A DNA stretch of 64,000 bases, from the NCBI GenBank assembly GCA_963667175.2, contig CAXXXF010000016.1, positions 320,001 through 384,000 of the forward strand, read 5' to 3'. The notes beneath the pieces were generated by a model. That model searched no databases. It saw nothing but the letters and a program-made list of their open reading frames with translations, and was not told the DNA's origin. A program made the translations under genes and the position numbers. Source of the stretch: Candidatus Latescibacterota bacterium (GTDB taxonomy: Bacteria; Latescibacterota; UBA2968; GCA-2709665). Shown here one piece after another: positions 9,522 to 17,900 of this stretch (the stretch's first letter is position 1; each line of letters opens with the position of its first letter).

Positions 9522-10601
9522 TCAACTGCTCTCGATGGGACGCGTCTGCAGGACCATCAATTGACCCACGGGGTTTTCGACAGCCCCCAGCGGCCGCCGC
9601 TTCTCCGCGGACCAGATGTCGTTTGCCGTTACGTAGAAGTGCCCGCCGGCTATCTTACTGTAACACATCTGGGGATATCGACCCTTCGAATCGTCGGGAA
9701 ACAGCAGGTCGAAGGTATCGCTTTCCGGATGATAGGCGAGGAACCGGTCCATAAAGTGGTAGGGAAACCCGTCCACGCCGGTGTACGGATCGTCTTTCAA
9801 CTGAATATACGTTCCAGTCGCCTCGTCGTATCTGAATCCTGAGTCGTACGTACTCAATGTGTTCAACTGCCACCCCCGATAACAGACTCCGCCGCCGATA
9901 AACCCGAATTCCTCCTTCCATCCGGGGACCGCCCGCTCATACACCTCTCCAGTCTGCCGGTCCAGCCGGAACAGACGACCCTCCCTGTAATTCACGACGT
10001 ATCGTTCCGCCGGCTCACCGGCCCGTGAGGGCGGAATCGAATCGGAGTCTTCCGCCACGAACCAGCGCGACTCTGGATCCCAGTAGACGCGGCGCGGCAA
10101 CCGTTCAGCACCGGGAACGCTGAAGACTTCCAGCCCGTCGGGCCAATCCACGTCCACAATCGATGGCAGCACGCCTGGCTCCGGATAGGTACGTATCTCC
10201 CCGCGGTCCTCCTCGACGTGCCAGATCACCAGGCAAGGCCTGGACCGTTCCGGCAGGTATAGCACGTTTCTCGCCTTATCCGCGTGACCGTACCAGAGAT
10301 TCGCCTCGGGAAACGGTTTGGCGACCTGATACACGCGTTGCTCCGCAACATTGAAAACCGTCAGTTTCTCGTTCGTCTGCGGAAGCACATAGACCTTGCC
10401 GCCGGCGCACAGACACTGGCTTCCTCCGTGTCTATCGGGAATCGGAATCGTGTCGATCTGCCCGGATTCCGGCAGGTACCGATGGAGTAAAGGCAGACTG
10501 CCCGTAAACCAGAGGGCGCCGACGTCGTCGTCGTCAATCCCGTACACCCGGGTATTCTTCGCGTCGACCCAAACCGGATACATCCTCGGCAACTCAGGCA
10601 T
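9522..10601 (-). CDS. Hypothetical protein, probable beta-propeller
   Basis: GGAGGAG RBS before ATG 10601; repeated short beta-strand units (LWFTG..LHRY, KVYVLP..LTVFN, VLYLPE..LVIWH). Confidence 0.6.
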   Translation of the reverse strand: MPELPRMYPVWVDAKNTRVYGIDDDDVGALWFTGSLPLLHRYLPESGQIDTIPIPDRHGGSQCLCAGGKVYVLPQTNEKLTVFNVAEQRVYQVAKPFPEANLWYGHADKARNVLYLPERSRPCLVIWHVEEDRGEIRTYPEPGVLPSIVDVDWPDGLEVFSVPGAERLPRRVYWDPESRWFVAEDSDSIPPSRAGEPAERYVVNYREGRLFRLDRQTGEVYERAVPGWKEEFGFIGGGVCYRGWQLNTLSTYDSGFRYDEATGTYIQLKDDPYTGVDGFPYHFMDRFLAYHPESDTFDLLFPDDSKGRYPQMCYSKIAGGHFYVTANDIWSAEKRRPLGAVENPVGQLMVLQTRPIESS

Positions 10602-10722
10602 CTCTCCTCCTGATACAACGGAAAACGAGTACGGCTTGACCCCGGGGCACAGACCCCCGTCAGCCCCGGGGACGGGAAGTTCCGGACGGCGCTGCAGGCA
10701 TCCTGGCATTTTTGGATTCGGC

Positions 10723-10750
10723 TTGACTTTCGTGTATTAGTAGGTACCAT
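10723..10750 (+). promoter_or_regulatory. Putative sigma70 promoter for the FGGY kinase
   Basis: TTGACT-16 nt-TACCAT. Confidence 0.45.
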
Positions 10751-10855
10751 TGGGCCGTCTGTCAACGTGAATTTCCACGCCGCGATCATGGCGGCCCGAA
10801 GTCCGCCGACCGGGGATACAGCGGCAACCGGTCCGGCTTTGCGATAAACAGAATC

Positions 10856-12385
10856 ATGCCCCGACCTCCACTTCTGGCCGGAATCGACGTCGGCACCACG
10901 AATGTCAAGGCGCTTGTCTTCGACACCGCCGGCCGCGTTCAGGCCTGCGCCAGCGCGCCTACGCCTACACATCACCCTCGACCCGGATGGGCTTACCACA
11001 AACCGGATGAATTGTGGTCGTGCGCAATAAATGCGCTTCGGAACGCGGTGTCTCAACTGGATTCGGCCGACCCGATCTTCAGCATCGCCGTTTCGAGTAT
11101 GGCCGAATCGGGCGTACCTCTTGACGCGGGAGACCAACCCGCCGACGACGTCATCGCCTGGTTCGACGGGCGGACGTCACGCCAGGCCGAGTGGTTGAAC
11201 AGGACCGTCGGCAGCGAGCGAATCTACGGCATTACGGGATTACCTGTAAAGCCCATATTCGGTCTCTGCAAGGTGCTCTGGTTTAAGGAAAACAACCCCG
11301 AGGGATTTGGGAGAACCGTCTCGTGGCTGAACGTTGCGGACTACATCGCGTTTCGAATGTGCGGCCATAAGGCGACCGACTATTCCCTTGCTTCACGGAT
11401 GCTTGCCTTCGACCTCAAGACGCTGGATTGGCATCCCGGTCTGCTGGAGGAAGCAGGGGTTTCTCCGAGTCTGTTTGCTCAAACGCTGCCCTCCGGCACG
11501 GCGCTCGGGCGCATCCTGCCCGAAATCGCTCGCTTGACCGGACTCCCCCGCGAAGTACAGGTCGCAACCGGCGGACATGACCACGTCTGCGGTGCACTTG
11601 CCGCCGGCGCCACCGAACCGGATACGCTCCTCAATTCCCTGGGCACCGCGGAAGCCCTCTGTATCGCAAGCCGGCAACCCTGGCTCAGCGACGGGATCGC
11701 GAAACAGGGGTACACAACCGGCGCCCACGTGGCAACGGGGAGATTCTACGTCCTCGGCAGTATCTATACGTCAGGCGCGGCCGTAGAGTGGATCCGCGGC
11801 CTCACGGGCCGAAACGTGGAATACGGCGCCCTCGTTACCGAAGCGGAATCGGCGCCGCCCGGAAGCCTGGGCGTCCACTTCCAGCCGCACCTGCGCCTGG
11901 GCAATCCTCCACACAACGACCCCGCATCCCGGGCCGCGTTCATCGGTCTCTCCGCCGACGTCACCCGCGGGACCCTGTTTCGCGCCGTGCTCGAGGGCTT
12001 GGCCTACGAGTCCAGGCTCTGCCTGGACGCCATCGTCACGCATCCGGGAATCCGCAGGCCGGAACGAATTGTAGCGATCGGCGGGAACACCCGAAACCGG
12101 CTACTCATGCAAATCAAGAGTTCGGTGTTCAACCAGAGGATCTCGATCGCCGAAGTGGAGGAATCGGTTGCCCTGGGCGCGGCGGTGCTGGGCGGCCTCG
12201 GCGCCGGCGTCTACTCAGACGTTGACGCCGCGTTGAAAGCGCTGAGATACGACCGTTGGACAGTCGACCCGGACGTGGAGCAGGTGGCGGTCTACGAGAC
12301 CGCATTTCAGTCCGTATACAGGGAAATCTTTCCTGCACTCGAGTCGCTGCACCACAGGGCAGGCGACATCCGGAATACGAACTGA
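10856..12385 (+). CDS. FGGY-family carbohydrate kinase (xylulokinase/fuculokinase-like)
   Basis: GIDVGTTNVKA, WFDGR, TDYSLASR, GGHDH, AVLEGLAY, IGG, ALGAA. Confidence 0.92.
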   Translation: MPRPPLLAGIDVGTTNVKALVFDTAGRVQACASAPTPTHHPRPGWAYHKPDELWSCAINALRNAVSQLDSADPIFSIAVSSMAESGVPLDAGDQPADDVIAWFDGRTSRQAEWLNRTVGSERIYGITGLPVKPIFGLCKVLWFKENNPEGFGRTVSWLNVADYIAFRMCGHKATDYSLASRMLAFDLKTLDWHPGLLEEAGVSPSLFAQTLPSGTALGRILPEIARLTGLPREVQVATGGHDHVCGALAAGATEPDTLLNSLGTAEALCIASRQPWLSDGIAKQGYTTGAHVATGRFYVLGSIYTSGAAVEWIRGLTGRNVEYGALVTEAESAPPGSLGVHFQPHLRLGNPPHNDPASRAAFIGLSADVTRGTLFRAVLEGLAYESRLCLDAIVTHPGIRRPERIVAIGGNTRNRLLMQIKSSVFNQRISIAEVEESVALGAAVLGGLGAGVYSDVDAALKALRYDRWTVDPDVEQVAVYETAFQSVYREIFPALESLHHRAGDIRNTN

Positions 12386-12573
12386 AGGGAAGGGAATCGG
12401 CCCGCGGATCCTGCACTCGCGGATTGGACGCGAGCGCCCGACCCGCAATACTGCGCTGCACAGGGCTGCTCTTACGACGGCGACACTTCCGGGTCCGGCA
12501 ATCGACCTGCTGTTCCGGTGGGGTCTCGCTCCTATCAACCATCGCATCGTACTGAGTTCAACCGGGAGTCCAT

Positions 12574-13560
12574 ATGCACACGATTACCTGCGCCGTCGTT
12601 GGGTACGGCGGCATCGCGGGCTTTCACGCGCGGGCATTCAGGCGAATTCCCGGTGTTCGGCTACGGACCGTCGTCGGTCGCAGACACGAACCCGCCGAAT
12701 CATTCCGGGATGCCTGGAACTTTGAACGTGCCACGACCCGTTACGAGGACGTTCTGGCCGACCGTGAGATCGATGCGGTCGTCATTGCCTCACCCAGCGA
12801 GGTGCATTACGAACAGACCCGGATGGCTCTTGAAGCCGGCAAAAACGTCCTGGTGGAAATTCCCCTGTCGCTATCCCGCGCTGGCGCAGCCGAGGTTGCC
12901 GGCCTCACGAAAAAGACCGCAAGCAAACTGCTGGTTGCCCATACCCGCCGTTTCAGCCGGGCGGGGCGGTTTGTCAGGGATTTTGTCGGGGACGGCACGG
13001 CAGGCCACGTGCACCAGCACCATATTCACGAATTCCAGTTACGCCGCGAAAACGTCGGCTGGACCGGCTACAGGCGGAGCTGGACGGACGACGTCCTGTT
13101 CCACCACGGTTGCCACGTGCTCGACTACTCCCTCTGGACCATCGACGAACCCGTTCGCCGGATTCGCGGCGAACTCAGCCCGCTCGACGCCGCAACCGGC
13201 ACGTCGCTCGACGTCAGCATGCTCGTTCGTTACGCCTCCGAAACCATTGCGGCGCTCAGTCTTTCCTACAATGCCCGGGCTGGCGTCAACAACAATATCT
13301 ACCTGTGCGACGCGGGCACCCTCGTCGTCTCGGGCAATCACGTCGCGCTGAACGGCAAAACCCTCTTCGACAGCGACGACACCCTCGACGACGACGTACT
13401 GGCTCAGAACGTCGAATTCATCGAATCGATCCGCGAAGACCGGCAGCCCCAATGCAGCGCGGCGCAAGCCCTGGAAGCCCTCGATCTGCTCCAGCAGATT
13501 TACGACCGGTCAATCACGATGGAGCACCCGGACAAATACAAACGGATGTGGGACATTTAA
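12574..13560 (+). CDS. Gfo/Idh/MocA oxidoreductase, LigC (4-carboxy-2-hydroxymuconate semialdehyde dehydrogenase)-like
   Basis: GKNVLVEIP (EIP rather than EKP), AHTRRF and RSWTDDVLFHHGCH resemble the LigC/PmdC motifs VEIP, GHTRRF, RSWTDHLLWHHAAH. Confidence 0.75.
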   Translation: MHTITCAVVGYGGIAGFHARAFRRIPGVRLRTVVGRRHEPAESFRDAWNFERATTRYEDVLADREIDAVVIASPSEVHYEQTRMALEAGKNVLVEIPLSLSRAGAAEVAGLTKKTASKLLVAHTRRFSRAGRFVRDFVGDGTAGHVHQHHIHEFQLRRENVGWTGYRRSWTDDVLFHHGCHVLDYSLWTIDEPVRRIRGELSPLDAATGTSLDVSMLVRYASETIAALSLSYNARAGVNNNIYLCDAGTLVVSGNHVALNGKTLFDSDDTLDDDVLAQNVEFIESIREDRQPQCSAAQALEALDLLQQIYDRSITMEHPDKYKRMWDI

Positions 13561-13916
13561 TGCTCAGGGATTGCCTGCGTTGCATCGGGTACGTATTCCG
13601 ACCTCGGCGGGGAAAAGACGTCGATCACAAGGCTGTCTTCCAGTACCCGTGAGCGATGGGGCTCGTTCGGCGCGAAGTGGAAGAACGTTCCCGCTTCAAA
13701 CACGTAACGCGTTTCCTGCTCTCCAACGAAGAATTCAATCCGACCCCGAATGACGTAACCCATCTGCTCCTCGGGATGCCGGTGCGCGCCGAACTCAGCC
13801 CCCGCCATGACCTCGTACCGGTTCAACATCAGATTCTCTCCGCTCATCGTACGGCGTACGGAAAGATCCGATAACGACTTGGGAGATAAATCTTTATCTT
13901 TCACAACCAGAGCCAC
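13557..13916 (-). CDS. Cupin domain protein
   Basis: HRHPEEQ and PNEPH metal motifs; DVFSPPR. Confidence 0.85.
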   Translation of the reverse strand: MALVVKDKDLSPKSLSDLSVRRTMSGENLMLNRYEVMAGAEFGAHRHPEEQMGYVIRGRIEFFVGEQETRYVFEAGTFFHFAPNEPHRSRVLEDSLVIDVFSPPRSEYVPDATQAIPEH

Positions 13917-14170
13917 TTATATCACTTCTTTATAAAAGTGGATTAATCGAGTCGAAATCTGACGGATCACGGCGAGGATGTTCGCAGCAGAACGGACACC
14001 CGGCGTCTTTATGCAGCGACCATCCGCCTGCCGTCTTCCGCCGCAGGACGGGGAGAGCAGCCGGGTTTCGGTCTACACCACCATTTCGATCAACCCCAAA
14101 TACCCGCGCGATGCACCCGACTCCTGGCATTGGCGTTTTTCGGTTGGTGTGACACGCCTTTCCCGGAGGT

Positions 14171-14815
14171 TTATTTCACAAGTTCCAGTCGACCCCACAG
14201 GCTGGGGTCGTACGATACCGGAAGCGGCTCGTCCGCGGTCCAGAACTGTCGTCCCAGTTTCCGGTCCTGAAGCAGATAGGTGAATCCGAGCAGGCGGTTT
14301 TCTTCCGGATCGAACCCTGTCAATATTTCCGCCGGCAAATGGACCTCCAGCCGATATCCGGTTCCGGATGCGTCGCTGAACACCTTCAGTCCGGAAGGGT
14401 CGCAAAGCTTCGAATGCGCGCGGGCTCTGCGGATTGCCACCTGACCCCCTCTCGCCTTCCGGTTTTCCGCGCCGGGCAGGAAATAGAAGTGGTGGCAGTA
14501 ACGGCTCGCCCGGTGCGCGTTCCGGACGTCGCGGGTATCCACCCAGACCTGCAATCCATCTCCCTGTAGCGGACGTCGTTCGTCCACCTTCGCGGCCGCC
14601 GCCTTTTTCACGTCTGCCGCGAAATAGAGACCGAGTTCGTTCCAGGCAGCGTATATGTCGGCAAACGCCTCCCGTCCGTCCAGTCCCGTAAGGTCCGGAA
14701 TCCGGTACTGCGCACCCCAGTCGTTCAGGTCTCCGTCGAGGACCGGCGGAGACCTGCGGTACGGGCACGGCCACGCGAAACTGAAGTAGGCGCGCCTGGG
14801 GATTTCCAGATTCAT
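14171..14815 (-). CDS. DOMON-like / carbohydrate-binding family 9-like protein
   Basis: LDGDLNDW, AAWNELGLYFA, GDGLQVWVD, YRLEVHLP, PSLWGRLEL; no signal peptide. Confidence 0.7.
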   Translation of the reverse strand: MNLEIPRRAYFSFAWPCPYRRSPPVLDGDLNDWGAQYRIPDLTGLDGREAFADIYAAWNELGLYFAADVKKAAAAKVDERRPLQGDGLQVWVDTRDVRNAHRASRYCHHFYFLPGAENRKARGGQVAIRRARAHSKLCDPSGLKVFSDASGTGYRLEVHLPAEILTGFDPEENRLLGFTYLLQDRKLGRQFWTADEPLPVSYDPSLWGRLELVK

Positions 14816-14915
14816 CGATCCGATTCTCCGGCCGGCAACACCATGTTACCGGTTTTCTGTACGACCGCCGAATTCTCCATTGTGTTTCCCTGGGCGAGAA
14901 CCGGCCAAGGCCGCG

Positions 14916-17900
14916 TCAGGCGGGTACCTCCGGCGAATGCGGGGGATTCGAATTGCCTATGCCAAGCACCTCTCCAAGAAACCGGCCTGTATGCGACGCA
15001 TCGACCCGGGCCACTTCCTCAGGCGTGCCGGCCGCAACCAGGTACCCGCCTTCTTCACCGCCTTCCGGGCCGAGGTCGATAATCCGGTCCGCTGTTTTGA
15101 TGACGTCCAGATTGTGCTCGATGACAATTACCGTATTGCCCGCGTCGACGAGTCGATTCAACACGTCCAGTAGCCTGGCCACGTCGGCAATATGCAATCC
15201 CGTGGTAGGCTCGTCCAGCAGATACACGGTCTTGCCGGTATTCGGCCGTGCGAGTTCCCTGGCAAGTTTGACCCGCTGTGCTTCGCCGCCCGACAGTGTG
15301 GTCGAGGCCTGCCCCATTTTGATATACCCCAGTCCCACGTCGACGAGAGTCGTGAGTACGCGACGGATTCCAGGGACGTTTTCGAACTGCCGCAGCGCCT
15401 GATCCACCGTCATTTCCAGCATGTCTGCAATCGACCGGCCCTTATACCTGACGTTCACCACGTCCCGGCTGTACCGTTGCCCGTTGCAATCCTCGCAGGT
15501 AACCCAGACGTCGGGCAGAAAATGCATCTCAATGCACCGCGATCCCAGGCCCTTGCAGGCCTCGCAACGGCCTTTCCGGTGATTGAAGCTGAAGTGCCCC
15601 GGTGAAAACCCGCGGATCCGCGCATCGGGCAGCTGTGCATAGAGCCTGCGGACCTTGTCGAAAACCTTCACGTAGGTCGACGGGTTGCTGCGGGGCGAAA
15701 ACCCGATTGGGGACTGGTCTATATTGATCACCTTGTCGATGCCATCGAGCCCGCGGACCTCGTCGTGATCGCCGCCAGCACTGCGGTCGCCGTTCAAACC
15801 CGCCGCCAACGCCCCGTAAAGGACGTCGTTCACAAGCGACGACTTCCCGGATCCCGACACCCCGGTGACACCGATCAGCATCCCCAGCGGAAATTTCACG
15901 TTCAGGTTCTTCAGATTGTTGTGACGGGCGCCAACGATTTCGATGCACCCTCTCCGTGCCGATCTTCGCGGGGGCGGCTCGACGGCCAGCCTGCCCGCCA
16001 GATACTTCGCCGTCAGGGAACCGTTTGCTGTGCTCAGACTCTTCGGATGCCCCTCGGCAACCAGCGTTCCTCCGCAGGACCCCGCGCCGGGACCGAAATC
16101 CACAATGTGGTCCGCGGTTTCCAGCGTTTCGCGGTCGTGCTCGACCACGATGAGGGTATTGCCAAGATCCCGCAACCGGGCCAGCGCGGCAAGCAACCGG
16201 CGATTGTCCCGCTGATGGAGTCCGATGGTAGGTTCATCCAGTACGTAAAGCACACCCGTCAGCCCCGATCCGATCTGGCTGGCCAGACGAATCCGCTGCG
16301 CCTCGCCGCCGGACAACGTGGGGGCCCTTCGTGAAAGCGACAGGTAACCCAACCCGACGTCATGCAGGAACCGCATTCTGACGCGGATTTCCTGTATGAC
16401 TTCTCCGACCGAGTCCAATTCCGGGCCGGTCAGTTCCACGTCTTCAAGCCAGCGTCTTGACATAGCGATGGGCAGGTCGACCAGTTCGCAAAGTGTCGTA
16501 CCGCTCAAACGAACGGCGGCGCTTTCCGGCTTGAGGCGCGCGCCTCTGCACGCGAGGCACGGCACGTCTTCCACCAGTTCTCCCAACTTTTCGCGAAACC
16601 GCGGGGACAGCCTCACCAGTTCCTCGAGCGAACTGAACAGTCCTTTGTATCTGAAGCGCAGGCCGTCCGCTTGTGAAATCCATCGTTCTCCGGTACCGTA
16701 GAGAAGCGCTTCGAGTGCTGATTGGGACATCTGCGCGACCGGTGTCTCGAGGTCGAATCCTCCCGCGTCGCCTACCGCGCGCATCAGCGCCGACAACGGA
16801 CCGCCTTTCAGTCTGCCGAGAGCCGGCACGGCCCCTTCAGACAGGGATTTCCCTGGGTCCGGAATCAGCGTGTTCTTTCCCATCCCCTTCTGGGTTCCGA
16901 GGCCCTCGCACGAGTCACACCAGCCTTCAGGGCTGTTGAACGAAAGGTGCTGCGGGGTTATTTCGTCGAAACTCCTCCCACATTTCGGGCAGGACAGAAC
17001 CTGGCTGAATCTGGTTTCCTCACCATCGTCCGGGGACGCCACGATGACCACACCGCCGGACAACACCAGGGCTTTTTCAATCGAGTCCGCAACGCGCTTC
17101 CGCACGCCGGTTTTGAGCGTGACGCGATCCACCAGAATCTCAAGGTTGTGCGACTGCCGATAGTCGACCTCGGGGGGCGTTTTCAGATCGAACACGTCGC
17201 CGTCCAGCCGGCCCCTGAGGTATCCCGCCCGCGAGGCCCTGGCGATCAATCCGTTATAATCCGCACCTTTGCCCGGCCGCTGCGGGCTCAGCAGATAAAT
17301 GCGTCTTCCGGAAGGCATTCCCAGAATCCGGTCGACGATTTCCTGAATGGCCAGCGCCCCCGCCTGCACGCCGCAATCCGGACAATAGACCTTTCCGACA
17401 AGCGCGTACAGCGCACGCAGGTAGTCGTATACCTCCGTTACCGTGCCGACGGTGGAGCGAGGATTCCTGCTGGCCGCTTTCTGCTCGATGGCGATAGCGG
17501 GCGACAACCCGATCACACGCTCGACCTTCGGCTTGGGCAACTGCCCCAGGAACTGTCGTGCATATGCCGACAGCGACTCGACGTATCGCCGCTGACCCTC
17601 GGCGAATACCGTATCCAGCGCCAGCGAAGACTTTCCGGATCCCGATACACCCGATACGACGGTCAGTTTCTCGCGTGGAATCCGCACATCCACGTTCCGA
17701 AGATTGTTCTCCCTGGCGCCGGCGACCTGGATTTCACGAATCAGCCCCCGGTCCCGGCCTCGACGTTCCGGCGCGCCGTCGCGCCGGAACGGGTCAAGGT
17801 CGTGCCGCAACGCCGAACGCAGAGACCGGCCGGTGAAAGATCGTCGGGTCCGCGCGATGTGTTCCGGTGTACCTTCCGCCACCACGTTCCCTCCCGATTC

